NCBI GenBank assembly: GCA_028534125.1
Contig: CM052850.1
Span: 25,916,001 to 25,980,000 of the forward strand
Direction of reading: 5' to 3'
Length of the DNA: 64,000 nucleotides
From: Lama glama
Lineage: Eukaryota
The notes beneath the pieces are model-generated. The model was not told the origin of the DNA and searched no databases. It saw nothing but the letters and a program-made list of their open reading frames with translations. Shown here one piece after another: positions 49,683 through 62,660 of this stretch; the stretch's first letter is position 1, and each line of letters begins with the position of its first letter. Position numbers and translations under genes: made by a program.

Positions 49683-50199
49683 GTACAAAATATACGATGT
49701 TCCCTCTCTTTAGTACCTCAAAGCCCCTCTGCTCCAGAGGCCAGACTTCTTTCTTCTGGATCCAGAGTCCTGCTGTGAAGCCGGAAGGAAGGGGGAGGCT
49801 TTGAGGGACAGAGAGTGGTCATGCCAAGGCTCACCGGAGCGCGGCTGCCTGCCCGGGGAGGGCGGGGACGTTGGGCGCTGGAGCCCCATCCTGTGGGTGG
49901 CCCTGGAATGAGCCTGTCCTGAGTGCCAAGATGGCCTGGTGGTGAGGATGCCTGGGAGCTGGGGGCCCTGGGCAGCTCATCCTTGGGGCATGTCCTCTTG
50001 GCTGTGCTATTTCCATGCTGCTGCTTTCTGCCACTGGGGACAGTCTGGCTCATCTGAGTCAGATGTCCACATGGTGGTTTCCCTATGTAGCCAGTGCCCT
50101 GTGCACGCGGGAAGGCCGCAGAGCCAGCCTGAGGACACGACGAGCGCACAGTACGTTCTAGAAAGAAAACTACTGCGGTTCCCTCCAGCAGCAAGAGAG

Positions 50200-50815
50200 T
50201 CACTTTAGGAATACAACGAAGTCTGTTGTGTTTGGTGAGGATGCGGAGAAGGCAGCCGCGCGCCTGCTGCTGGGAGCCAGCAGTGGTGCGGCTGCCTGGG
50301 GCCCGTCCCCTCAGCGTGCCGTGTGCAGCGGCCGCGGACCCAGCGGCCCCTGCCTGGTGGTCGGGAGAGGAGCGGAAGCCTAGGCCTCCCGGAGGCTGGG
50401 GCGCGAGTGTCCGCAGCAGCTGCGGAGTGGGCGCTATCCGGGCATCCCTTCGCTCGTGAGGGGAGAGACAGAGCACGATCCATGTGTGCGGTGGGAGGCC
50501 TGACCCCATGACGTGGAGGAGCCCTGGGGGGCTGTGCCCGTTGAAGGAAGCCCATCTCAAAGGCCCCTGTTGCACGTCCACGTCCGTGAGCGTCCAGGGC
50601 CGGCAGGGCCATGAGACAGAGCAGGTCGTCACTGTCTGCGCTGGAAGGGAAGGGGTAGCCGTTGAGTACGAGGTTTCCTTTTTGGGTGATGGAATGTTCT
50701 GGAATTAGAGGTGATGATTGCACAACTTTGTGAAAGTACTGAAACCCACTAATTGTGCACTTAAGTGGGGGTCTTTTAGGATAGATGAATTATATCTTAA
50801 TTTGAAAATTTTGTT
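50200..50815 (+). mobile_element. L1MB-type 3' fragment, GC-eroded
   Basis: tttggtgaggatgcggagaa..gagtacgaggtttcctttttgggtgatggaatgttctggaattagaggtgatgattgcacaactttgtgaaagtactgaaacccact..tatatcttaat. Confidence 0.75.
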
Positions 50816-51164
50816 TTTAAAAAGTGTTTTAGCTATATTTCTATTACGTGTTATGATCTGCAGATTAACTGTTGCTTTGCCCGAATGGACACAGTGCTGT
50901 TCGTGGCCATTGACTACAAAGTACACTGGGGAGTACAAAGTGGAACATTTTAAAGCACCAGTGCTTTGTTTAGGACGTATTTTCACCTCTCATGTGTTCA
51001 GGTTGAGTCATCAAGACGTGAAGTTCTATCCAAAGAGGCACAAACAGCACTTTCTTAAAGGGGGTGCTACTTGGAGTCTCCGATCTTCCGGCTGTCGGCA
51101 GCGCACTGCCCGTTCTGTGGGCCGGCCTCCTGCGTCTGCTCCTTCCTAGTCTCCCTTTCCCTTT

Positions 51165-51975
51165 CCCCTAATTTTAAAATTGTGGTAAAATACACAATAT
51201 AAAACTTACCATCCTGCCCATTTTAAAATGTCCGGTTCATTGGCGTTGAGCACCTTCATATTGTGGCTCCTGTCACCGCCCACCTGCACAACTCTCCATC
51301 CTGGAAAACTGCAGCTGTCTCCATTAGACGTGGACTCAGCACCCGCCCCCACCATCCTTGGCACCTGCCCTTCTGTTTTCTGTCTTTGTGTCTGACTTCT
51401 CTAGGTGCCTGCTGTAAGTGCAGTCTTGCAGGGTTTGTCCATTTGTGATCGGCTTCTTTCAGTCAGCATGGTGTCCTCAAGTTTCATCCTGCTGTAGCAG
51501 GTGTCAGGATTTCATTTTTAGACCGATAGTACTCCCCGTATGATGGGCCGCTTTCTGCTTACCCGTCACCCGCCGATGGACACAGGGCTTGCTCCTGCCT
51601 GTCAGCTGTCAGGAGTGATGCTCCTGCGAATGTGGGTGCACACGTGTCTGTTCAAGACTCTGCTTTCAAGTCTGCTGAGTACACACCCAAAAGTGGGGTT
51701 GCTGGGTCATGTGGTAGTTGTATTTTTAATGTTTTGAGGAACCCCCCACTGTTGTCCATGGTGGTGCACCATTTGCACCCCACCACCACACCCAGGCTTC
51801 AGGTTCTCCTCCTTGTCAACTCCTGGCGTTTTCTGGTTTTGTCATGGGAAGTGTCGTACTGGGTGTGAGGTGGTGTCGTTTCCCTGTGGTTAGTGGTGCT
51901 GAGCATCTTTCCATGTGCTTTTTGGCCATTTGTGTATCTTCTTGGGAGGGATGGTTTATTGCACATTTTTTAACC
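51165..51975 (-). mobile_element. L1MB-type 3' fragment
   Basis: ttttaaaattgtggtaaaatacacaatataaaacttaccatc..cccaaaagtggggttgctgggtcatgtggtagtt..gagcatctttccatgtgctttttggccatttgtgtatcttcttgg. Confidence 0.8.
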
Positions 51976-52000
51976 CCTGCATTCTCTTTTGTGCTCAGTG

Positions 52001-53060
52001 CAGCAGATCTCAAAGTGTGCTCTGTGGACCCCTTGAGACTCAGGGCCCCTGCGGTCAGAGGTCTCGTTAGACTCAGACCACACTGGTGGCAGAACTCATT
52101 TGGCAGTATCTGTGGTAGAGCAGGAAGAATCACAGGTAGACTTTACCTTGGAGTACAGGTCTTCTTTTAAATAACTTTTTGAGGTCTCATTTACATGCCA
52201 TAAAATTCACTCGTTTTAAGTGTACGATTCGATGATTTTTATTAATTCACCAAGTTGTGCTTCCATCACTTCAACCCAGCTTTAGAATATTTCCGTCACC
52301 TCAGCCAGACCCCTCACCACGTCTTTTGATATTCCATGTGATGAAACTACAAGTGTGCATGGAGCCCCTCTGCTCTCACTGAGGTGCTGGGGCGTCTCAT
52401 GGGAGCCAGGACGCGCCTCGGGGCCAGGTCCCTCCAGGACACGCCCAGGAGACCAGCTGACAGTCTGTGCTGGTGAAGTTCAGGCTCTCAAGTGAAATCA
52501 GAATTTTGGAGACTGTGACAGCTTCGCAGAGTTTGAGGACTTTTCCAAATGACTGTTACATGGTGTTACAAAATCATTCCTGGGGAGAAGGCCATTCCCA
52601 GGCCACGAGGGACCAGTGGACTTCAGTAGAAGAGGCGGAGAAGTTCAGTGGTAGGGCTGCGGCTGACCATGACGAAGCCTCAGACAACACGCCGGCTGCT
52701 GAAAAGGCCGTCCGCCCCACCCTATCCAGCTGTGCCTCTGGGTGAGGCTGGCTTCTCCTCGCCTGCTTCACCACACAGCCCATCACAGCAAATGGAGCAC
52801 AGATGCCAGCTTGAGGGTCCTATTCTCACGTCAAAACTAAAGAGACGTGCAAAAAGGAAGATAATGCCGCTCATCCCTGAGTGTTTTTAAAGTATCTTTT
52901 CCTAAAACACTTATGTTAACAAGTATTGTTAACGTTAGTTACATATGTTATATTTCATGCCCTTAAATGTTCTCAGTTTTAATTTTCACAGTAAGTATCA
53001 AATATAATCGTTACAAAGGCTCTTTGGGGTCCTGAGACCAAAAAGTTATGAGAACTGCTG
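52001..53060. mobile_element. Old hAT/Charlie-type element ends with later insertions inside (including an L1 fragment at ~52165-52320)
   Basis: Terminal inverted repeats cagcagatctca (52001-52012) and tgagaactgctg (53049-53060, reverse complement cagcagttctca); gacccct/ggggtcc subterminal motifs. No clear TSD. Confidence 0.5.
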
Positions 53061-53375
53061 GTTTCAAGTCTTTGTAAAAGAAGCAGCCCAGAAACTGTTT
53101 TCATTATTTCGGCTGCCACAGTGAACACATTCCTTGAAGAAGTTGAACTGCGTCAGGATCCTGCTGGAGATGCCCGCAGTGCCTGCCCGTTGGCCGCAGT
53201 TCTCTGTGAAAGGGGAAAGTGCTTGAGCTCCTTTGCTCTGTCACTCGAGGTTCACTTGTCGTGGTTCGTTGGATTTTATGCCTGTTAGAGTGAGCATTTG
53301 TAGATCTTGGGTTGGTCCTTCATTATTTATTAGATTTGTATATATTCTACTTTCCTTGTAGGAAGTATTTTAAAA

Positions 53376-53494
53376 AAAATTTTGGTGGGGGGATTAGGTT
53401 TACTTATTTTTTTTTTAGAGGAGGTACTGGGGACTGAACCCAGGACCTTGTGTTTGCCAAGCACGCTCTCTACCACTTGAGTTATACCCTCCCC
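53376..53494 (-). mobile_element. tRNA-derived SINE (camelid Vic-1-like)
   Basis: tttagaggaggtactggggactgaacccaggacc..ctaccacttgagttataccctcccc, with pol III A/B boxes on the minus strand. TSD aggaagta(t/c)ttt at 53360 and 53495. Confidence 0.85.
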
Positions 53495-55482
53495 AGGAAG
53501 TACTTTTTAAAACCATGAAGCACTTTAAACTTTATTTTGACAGTCCCTGTATCTGTTACTCTGAGTGATTCAGACTAACAGGAAACAGGACCAAGGAGTA
53601 TTTAAATAAGGAGGGCTTTGTTTAAAACGTTAGTGTGAAGCAAGTGTTTTGCACGGAAAGCAGATATTGTAAAGTTATCTCAGCTGCTGTAGGATGCACT
53701 GGGAGTGCAGCGATGTGCAGCGTGTAAGTGCCTTCAGGCCGGCAGTCAGACCCGCAGGCTCTGGGCGTGTGTCTGGAGCCACCGCGCACCCACGCTCACA
53801 CGTGTGCCCGCAGACACGGGCACTTTCTCTTGTCCTGACGCTTCACTCGGTGAGCGAGGTGGGCTCCTGGGGCTGCAGTGTGGGGTGTGCTTTCCTTTCC
53901 TCTCGCCTCTGTGTTGGGTTCCTTAGTTTCTGCTGAGAGACCCAGGTGAGCTTTCTTTGGACTGTGTGTGTCTCACTGATGGACTTTGGGTTTGTTGCCT
54001 TTGAGCACGCAGGTTCCTTTTTTGTAGGAATATTGTTTAGTGAAAAAAAGCAAGGCTCATCAGAGTGTGTGGTGTAAGCAGGAAGAAGTGGGTCGGGGCC
54101 CTGATGGGCAGGTAGACGGGTCAACCCCTGGCAGGGCGACACTGCGGCTGGTGGGCACTGCAGACGGGAGGCCACCGAGTGCCTCTTAGAGTATTGGGGT
54201 ACTTTTGTTCATGTGTGCTCCTTTTATTAGTTTTATTATGAAATATTTCACATGTAAAATAATACAGCCACACAGACATAAAGAATAATAAAAGAAGCGA
54301 TTTCTGATGTGCCCCCCACTTCCGTTAAGAAACAGAACCTAATCAGTGCCTTTGAAGCCCCATGTGCATGCGGGGAAGAGGCTTGGCCCCCCACCCGCCA
54401 GGCAAGCCGCGCCTCCTCTCCTGCCCTCCCGCCAGGCTCGCATCCGCCCCGTGTAGCGTCCTTACAGAATTGTAAGTCTGTTTATTTGTCTAGCCTCGAT
54501 CACAGTCCACATCAGTTTTGTGTTTGTGAAGTTTCATTTAGAAGCAGAAGACGATGCAGTTTTAAAACGAGTTAATGTATTTTTGCTTCCATTTCCTGGA
54601 GAATTTTTTCCCCAAACAGATGCTTTTTTGAATCACGAAAGTAGCATGTACTGACAGAATCGAGGTGGTAACCGTTTGGGTGTGTCCTTCCAGACTTTTT
54701 TCTACACAGTTAAAAATTCATTTTTTAAAAGGCTGACGGGATTGTACTGTTCTTGCTGCTCTTTTTGCCTGCATTTGTGGGACGCCTGTCCTCGTGTGTA
54801 CAGCCGGCCACACTCCTTCCTGGAGCAGTCTTCCCCCCTAGTGGGAGGTCAGGGTCAGGACAAATGCGCAGGTGGTCCTTAGCACAGCCTGGGGCAGGGG
54901 CCTCCCTCCCTCCTCACTCACCCTCGCACCCACCCGCTCCGCCTCCTCCCCTGCCCGGCCAGCGGGTGGTGAGAGTTCTTCCTCATCGGTGGGCTCACAG
55001 CTGAGGTTTTTGTTTTGTTTTGGAAGTTTTAAATACAAAAAGAACAGAATAGCATTCATTTGTCCACCACCTACATATATATTTTAGATTTTAAAATTAT
55101 AGAAAAGCTGTGGTTTATATTGTTAATACTTTACTGAACCTGCGAGTTTTGTACAATGAGCTTTTGGTATTTTTTTCAACTAGTTTGTTTAAGAGTCAAG
55201 TGGTGAAGTAGCCCATAGTGTTTTGGAATTTGTTATTGAGATGTATTGACTGCACAGTCTTTTTTCTTTAAAACCTCTGGGTCTCCGGGATTTTGAACCC
55301 CCTATATTTCCCAGCCCAGTATATTTCCCAGTATATTTCCCAGCCTCTGACAGATATGTGACCTCTCAGACACTTTTAGTAATTTTAAAAGTTGATCAGT
55401 CATTTTTGCATTCCCAGAGAAGTAATTTTAAGCATACTTTATTTCATATTTAATTCAGAGCAGTATATTATTAAGTTGTTTT

Positions 55483-55618
55483 TTTTAATTTGTTTTGTTT
55501 TGGGGGGTTTAGGGGGCGGTAATTAGGTTTATTTATTTTTAGAGGAGGTACTGGGAATTGAACCCAGGACCTCATGCATGCTAAGCATGCACTCTACCAT
55601 GGAGCTATAGCCTCCCCC
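55483..55618 (-). mobile_element. tRNA-derived SINE (camelid Vic-1-like)
   Basis: Same family as the 53376 copy. TSD ttaagttg(t/g)ttt at 55471 and 55619. Confidence 0.85.
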
Positions 55619-55819
55619 TTAAGTTGGTTTTAATACAAATTTAAACACTCGTAATGTTTAAAAGGTAAGATACAGCGTTTTCCCTAAATACCAAATGATT
55701 ATTTCTCTTTAATTTACACTATACAAACAAATATTCAAGTGGAGTATCATGTTTAAAAGTGAATATATATTAAAAGGTAATTTAAAATTTAACTACATGC
55801 TAACCCAATGAAAAAAAAA

Positions 55820-55924
55820 TTGGGGTGTGTGTGTGGTAATTAGGTTTATTTATTTTTTAGAGGAGGTACCAGGGATTGAACCCAGAACCTCATGCACTCC
55901 ACCACTGAGCTATACCCACCCTCC
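55820..55924 (-). mobile_element. tRNA-derived SINE (Vic-1-like) with an internal deletion
   Basis: ggtaattaggtttatttattttttagaggaggtaccagggattgaacccagaacctcatgcactccaccactgagctataccc; lacks the tgctaagcatgca segment present in the 55483 copy. Confidence 0.8.
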
Positions 55925-56788
55925 GAAAATATTTTTTAAAACTACTTAGATATTGTATGCCGTATTTATTTTTGAACTTGTGTACATATTACCTATTCAA
56001 AAAGTTAAATTTTAAAAACAGTGATTCACTCACATACTAAATTAAAACTAGGCATCCTGCCTTCTGTGCTAAAAAGTCAAGTGGGTTTTTTTTTTTAATA
56101 ATCTTGGTGTTCTGTTGCTGAATAATGCTAAAAGTTGACCTTTTTATCATTTGTTGTAAAGTGTAAACACCCAGTTTATTATAGTCGTCCATGTGTTTTC
56201 TCTCTGGCACATTTTTTGAAGTATTAGAAACACCCTGGCGTGGTTGATAGGGGAAGCGCAGACACTCAGAGCTGGCACAGACCGCTGGCCTCAGGTCCCA
56301 GAGCTTGTCGGTTTCTGTGTCAGCACGAGTGTCTTCTGAGCCAGAACAACGACCCCGTGGGCGCACCTGCAAGCCTCGCCGGGCCATTTGTGTGCTGGGC
56401 AGTGCCCAGAGCTCAGGCCGCCCTGGCTGGCTGGGAGGCTCTCAGATTCTGCTGTTTTTCTGGAGAATGAACTGTGCACATGGTGACTACGGAGCAGGGA
56501 CCCGGCCCCTTTAGGAGGTGCTCCTTGCAGGTCGGCCCAGACCTCGCAGGCCTGCTGCCCTGCGCTCATGGGACGTTGCCGGTCTTTGGGTCCGTCCCCA
56601 CTCAGGCTCACGCACCTTGTAGGGTGGAGAGGGTTCCACCAGCAGCCTGGCACATCCCGAGCCCCCCGCGTGGCTGCTACTCCTGCTCCTGCCCCACAGG
56701 CTGCGGCAGGCAGAGCAGGTGGGCAGCTGACCTGTGTGCTGGAGTGCTTGGGCCGTGGCCCCTTCTGACCTGCCTTTTGTTTCCGTAG

Positions 56789-56937
56789 GGAACTGCACCT
56801 GGGGGATGAACTGCAGGTTTATCCACCCCGGAGTCAACGACAAGGGCAACTACTCCCTCATCACCAAGGCGGAGCCCTTCCCGCCCAACGGCGCCCCGCC
56901 CCTCGGACCGCACCCTCTGATGCCTGCCAGCCCTTGG
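56789..56937 (+). CDS. ZC3H18: ZC3H18 exon 4 (second half of the CCCH finger)
   Basis: ttccgtag| acceptor; (G)NCTWGMNCRFIHPGVNDKGNYSLITKAEPFPPNGAPPLGPHPLMPASPW; |gtgcgt donor. Confidence 0.96.
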
Positions 56938-57261
56938 GTGCGTGAACGCCTCTTTCGTTGCTGGCAGATCACATCTAAGCTCTGTTTGTGAATCTCCAAC
57001 ATGAAGCACATTCATACGCCTTGTGTCTCAGGGACCTCTGTGGCGCCAGGGCCCCAGAGCCACCCCCTCCCCCGGTGCTCGGGTTGTCTCCAGCAGAGGG
57101 CGCCCTGGCCCCGGGGCAGCCGAGTCGGGCAGAGCAAGGCCCGGAGGAGACAGCGGGCAGTGTGGCCGCTGTCGTGTTAGCTGGTGTTCTGCTCCTCTGG
57201 TTCTTCAGAGGTCTGGAAGTTTGCTTGATCCCTTAACTCCTCCCTTCTCGTCCCTTAACAG

Positions 57262-57354
57262 GGTGGGCCGGGAGTCGATGAAGTTTTGCCTCCACCCCCT
57301 CCAGAGCCCCCCACCGAGAGCGCCTGGGAGCGAGGACTCCGGCACGCAAAGGAG
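57262..57354 (+). CDS. ZC3H18: ZC3H18 exon 5
   Basis: ccttaacag| acceptor; GGPGVDEVLPPPPPEPPTESAWERGLRHAKE; |gtaaca donor. Confidence 0.95.
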
Positions 57355-58192
57355 GTAACAGAGCCTGCGCAGACAGGCAGTAGTGGCGGCCCGTGTGCGA
57401 AAGAAGCCTGCCTTTGACCTGGGACGGCAGTCAGAGCTCAGTGAGGCCTCTGGAGTGAGGGCGTGTTTCTGTCACTTCTCTGAAGAAGTAGAGAGCGGAA
57501 AACGACATCTGCCTGTCTCAGAGGCTTGCTGGGCCATGACAGAGCCTCATAGGCTGGGGAGGCCCAGTCAGGAGCCCGGCCTGCTGCCTGCATGTGGCTC
57601 AGCCAGCACTGGGCCGCTCCCTAGAGAGCACACAGTGTTCCCCAGAGTGGCCCGTGCATCTGGCACGCGGTCCTGTCTCCCTAGAGAACACCCCTCGTCC
57701 CACCCCCAGTCCAGGCTGCTTCCCGGTCCTGGGGGTCCAGGCTCACGGCCTCCAGGCCTGCTCTCTCCACCAGGATGACGGGCTAGGGCAGAGCCCCGCC
57801 CGCCCCCGGCCCTGCTTTCCTCTGAGGCTGGCTGGCTCAGGGCCTCTCTTGCGGGACGCGCTCACCGACCTCTCCGCTCTGTCCTCCCAGGGCACGTGTC
57901 TGGAGCCCCTGCTCCGGCACCCGGACTAGTAGTAGGGAGCCCCCGCTCCGCCCCTCTGCCCGAGCGCTGCTGCAGCTGTGCCTGCGAGGACGGCGTGCTC
58001 CCGTCCCCCCGAGAGGCGCGTGGGTCCCGTGTCCGTCCCCGGCACAGAGCTTGGGCTCGCATCAGCCACGCGTGCTCTCCTGCAAGGCCCTCCAGCCACG
58101 CCAGCCCAGGCTTCATGGGTCAAGTCAGGACAGGACTCCCTCTGTGTTCCTAACAGTAACTCGTGTTGGCTTCTTTCTTCTTACAATGGTAG

Positions 58193-58350
58193 GTTTTAAA
58201 AAAAGCAACCATTCGAAAAGAACAGGAACCTGATTTTGAAGAGAAAAGATTTACAGTGACCATTGGCGAAGATGAACGGGAGTTTGACAAAGAAAATGAA
58301 GTTTTCCGAGACTGGAATTACCGCATCACGAGAGATGTCAGAGATACAGC
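58193..58350 (+). CDS. ZC3H18: ZC3H18 exon 6
   Basis: tggtag| acceptor; VLKKATIRKEQEPDFEEKRFTVTIGEDEREFDKENEVFRDWNYRITRDVRDT-A; |gtaagg donor. Confidence 0.95.
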
Positions 58351-61300
58351 GTAAGGAACACTTCGGCCCCCCTCCCCGTTGACAGAGAACGCAGCTGTCC
58401 CCTGCTGTGTGGGCTCGGGCTCTGAGAGCAGCAGCACGTGGCCCCTAGCGTGTAGGGGCCGAGCCCTGTCCCTCTCCCTGCACTGAGAGCGGCATCCCGA
58501 CCCATCTCAGACACTGTGCAGTTGACTTTCCTCCTCGTCTTGCTTCCGTGGAGGACATGTGCCTGGGGTGGGCTTCCACCCATTTGGGTTCCTATCATAT
58601 CTGAGAGTCTTTACAGCTGTTCTTTAACAGCTGGAGCCCCGTAACACAAGGCTCCTCCCCACCCTTCCCCAAGCTCCCCAGGACCCAGGAAAGTTTGTCA
58701 CTGACATCTGGGAGTGTGACAGGTGTGACCCTCCTCATCGTCAATGCCGTCTTCCTCATTTCTTCCAGACATTTTATTGCTGGTCTTTTTAAAACACGGT
58801 TGCAGAAGTTGATGTGGTTGGAGACCTGGGTCAGATCTCGAGGAAATGTGTAGTGTAACCAGTCCAGCTGCCGGGAAGGGGCATTACAGGCCACGTCTCT
58901 CCTGAGCGGCCAGTGTGGTGTGGGCTCTGGTCACCGGCCAGTTTCAGCATCGTCTTAAGTCTTGCAGTGACTCTGTGCACTTGGGTTTGCTACCAGAAAA
59001 CAAAAACCACTGATTTCTGGCTGAAATGACAGTAAAAGGCTCAGGAAGAGGGACACATACATGCCTGTGTTTCCAGATTCAGTTGTGCTGACCCAGACCC
59101 CCAAGGTTGTTTCAAGGCCTTGCATTCCAGGCCACACCCCGCCAGGCGCTCTGCGGGCAGGAAGCTCGGGAGGGCCACACCTGTCGTGGCTCAGGTGGAA
59201 GGATTAGAGGTCAAGGACGTGAGAGCTGAACTCGGATGTTTTCTAATTCTGCATGTGCAGTAGTGCGGCTGCAGTTAGGGCTGCACCTGCCGGTCACTGT
59301 GGGCATTTCGCTTGACTTGAGTCTTGAGGTCTCAGCTTTTTCTCGTGTAAAACTTGAGTGACGGTGCTGCCCCCCCGGGGGGGGTGTCAGTACGCGTCCT
59401 GGGAGCCAGCACATCGGGATGCGGTCTGGGACCTCACTCTCTGACTGTACGGTTACTGTGAGTGGTGAAGGGAGGGGCCTTGGAACCTCAAGTTCCATCC
59501 TTGACACTGTTCTCAGCCTGGCTGGAGTGGGGGCCTTGAGATTGTGCCTGACGGAACTGTCTGCAGCCCAGGTCCACGGCCATCCAGGCGCCGCGCTCCA
59601 GCCCCGGCCCGTGTTCACCCACAGCCTCTCCGCCAGGCAGGGTCCTCCGAGGACCAGACCACCTTAGAGCCAGGTTTTCACTTGTGTTTGGTTGTCTGTT
59701 CAGCATCTGCTGTGTGTTTTGTGATAGGACACGCCTAGCCTGGCAAGTCCAGACCTCTGGGAACAGGACCTGGCATGTGCCTGGCGGGAAAGCTGTTCTG
59801 ACGACCCTCAGGGCAAGGGCTGTGTCAGTCAGGGTCCACTCAGCAGAGACCGCCCGGCTCTTTTAACAGGGAGTGTTTAACCTAAAGACGTGCTTTCTAG
59901 GTGACTGCGGGGGCAGAGAGGCCGCTGCCCCCCAGGGTGAGGGGAGGAAGGCGGTTGGAACCGTCCCTGCGGGAGCTGGGAGAAGGGCTGCGGCTTGGGC
60001 GGCGCAGGAGGGGTGCTGGCACCTCCCAAGAAGGCGATGAGGCTGGGCTTGCAGGGCTGGCAGGGAGGCGCCACGGGGAGACCCCAGCCTCCCCAGCCCT
60101 GCAGTGCTGCTCGGGCTGGCCTCACAGGGACAGCCGGTGGCAGCACGCGCTCTGCAGGGTGTGTGGGAAGGTGGCCAAGGACGCCGGGGCTCCAGGGCCA
60201 TCAGCGTAAGTCTCAGAAGGACCAAGCCTCAGCAGCTCTCGCTTCCTGGGGCCCCGCGCATGGCCTGTTTTGTGCCCAGGCGTCCTTACCCAGTTCAGGC
60301 CCTTCTGCACAGGGGAGGGGCCGCAGTTCTCCAGGTGTGGCCCGTGGGGGCTCGTGAGACACACCCGGCCTGAAGGTCCTGGAGTGGAGGCCAGCTGCTG
60401 CTTTTAACAAGCCCTTGGGAGACTCAGGTGCTGCCCACAAAGTTTGAGAGCCACTGATGTCGCTTGCGGGGCCGTCGCTTCTCCCACTGCCCTCTTGCCT
60501 GACGTTGAGTTCTGAGGGTGGGAGCTCTGAGTGTTGTTGTGGAAGGCCTTGGTGCGGTGGTGCTGGCACCTCGCAGCTGCGCAGGCCGGGGGGAGCCGTG
60601 GGAAAGGGCACTGGTTCGGGAACTCTGCAGGGGGTGTCCTGAGATACTGTGAAGGCTGGGGAAATGGGGCTTGGGCGAATTAAACAGAATTCCTGACAAG
60701 GTCACTTAGTGAAAATAATGCTTTTATAGCCAGACACTGCCTGGTTCCCCTTTTCCACCACCTCAGGCGCTTATTTCAGACTTGTCGATCTTGTAAGGCC
60801 TCTGCGAGGTGCTTCTGGGTGCTGCCAGGGGTCTCCACCTAGGAGACGAGCGTCCTGGGACACTTGGGGTGTCCCCTGCGAGGAGTCTGTCATTGGCGGT
60901 GGCCCTGTCAGGAGCAGCACTTGTCAGTAAATGGGCCGGACTGCGGCCGCGTGCCCGGGGCTAACTGTGTGTGGACGTGCCCTTCCCGTCTGTCCTCTGA
61001 GGAGTGGCTTGCTGCCCGCCTGCCTTTCACGGCAGCGGTTCTCACCTGCTCCCGAGACCCTGGCCCACGGGCTGCCAGGAAGCCAGGCTCGGTTCTGGGG
61101 GCAGTGGCGGGGGGAAATGCTTCAGCCCATCCCCGTTAGCTGTCTCCCGAGATGGAGATACACCCAGAGAGAGAGGCCTTTCACCCCCACGCCCCTCCTT
61201 GAGAGAGCACATGGCTCACCGCCACTGGGGAGAGTGCTTTCTGGGTGCTCTGGGCGGTGAGTGGTACTGGTTCTGCTCTCAAGGGCACGGGGGACATCTG

Positions 61301-61899
61301 CCCAGGGATCGTGTTCCCTCTGAGTGCCGTCTGCGGGGCGTGCAGGCCGTTGGGCATGAAGGGCTGTGTCCCTGGGCAGAGCCCGCGCTGGGCTCGCCAC
61401 TGGGCCCTGGCAGCACAGGAGAGGTTTCCCAGGAAGCAGCCAGCTAAGGCCACGCGCACCATGGCACACGGAGGGCACCTCTGCTTTCCCCACCCGTTCA
61501 CCTGGCGTGAGGGTTGGTCTGGAGCCAGAAATGCTCGAAAGAACCTCCAGTCGTCTGTTGCAGGGAGTGCACTTCCCTGTCCTCCGCTGCTGGGCTCAGA
61601 GCTCCCCCGTGCAGGCCGTCTGGGTGGGTGTGCCAGCTTCTGGCCCTGCGGGAAGATGCACCCTCGGCCCTCCTCAGGGCTGCCCAGCGGTCCTGCCCCA
61701 GACTCCCTGCTGGCCGCCCCCCTGTGCCCACCAGCCTCCCCTGACGTCATGACACCTCGGAAGGTGTCTCTCCCAGCGTTTCCTTGGCTGGCCTTGCATG
61801 TCTTGGGTTTCATGTGAGGATCGGTTGTCTTAGCTGCATGAAGACAGTGTTTTACTGGCTGCCCTAAGTCTGTGAACTAGCACAGGGAGAGCTGGCTTT

Positions 61900-62635
61900 G
61901 GTGACTTCCAGTCGTCCTGTCCGAAGACACCGTCTTGTGTATTCACACGTGCTCTCGTGTCTTTCAAGAGTGTTAAATTTTCCTCAAATAGGTTCTACAC
62001 ATTTCTGGTTGAATGTATTTTGCTGAGTATTTTTTTTCTCTCTACTGGAAGTGAGGTTTTCTCTACCATCCATCTCCTAACCGGTTATCGTCTGTGTGTA
62101 CGAGGGTGTTGGTTGCTGTGTGTTCATTTTTCTCTTTCTGCCGTACTGGGCTCTTCTCACCATTTGACTCGCTTTACCGCGGTGTCTCGGTTTTCCATGT
62201 GTAGCATCATTTAACCTGCAAAATGAGACAATCTCGCGGGTTCCTCTGTCTGGTCACGGCAGTGCCGCAGCACTCTGGTGGGCTGTCTTGGAAGGAGGCA
62301 CCGGGCGACCTGAATGGAGACGCTTCCCCTGTCCGTAGTAAGTGAGGTGCCAGCTTGAGTCCTAAAGTGCATACATGTTCTTTGTCATGTGAAGAAAGTG
62401 CCATTCCTGTTCTCATTGTGAAGGGGTATTGAGCTTTCATCACATCACCCTTAGATGTGGTCCTGTGACTGGCCTCTGTAGGTCTGTGTTGCCATGTAGT
62501 GTGTTCATGAATTTTCTGCTCTTGACTCAGCCTGGCAGTCCTGGGATAAATCCCAATGAGCCATGCTGTGTTATTTTTTAAGGCGTAGTACTTACTCACG
62601 TAGTACTTTTGCATCCATGTTCCTAAGTGACGAGT
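61900..62635 (-). mobile_element. Ancient L1 ORF2-region fragment
   Basis: T-rich tract with motifs typical of antisense L1 (tgggataaatcccaatgagccatg, tttgcatccatgttc..agtga, catcatttaacctgcaaaa). Confidence 0.5.
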
Positions 62636-62660
62636 CTGGCTTCTGCTTGCTCTCTTTCAG

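Noticed and set aside
55303-55344. Short TATATTTCCCAG triplication
   Set aside because: Ordinary intronic slippage repeat with no sign of function.
53376-55924. tRNA genes
   Set aside because: The A/B-box similarity belongs to SINEs with AT-rich tails and TSDs; there is no complete cloverleaf.
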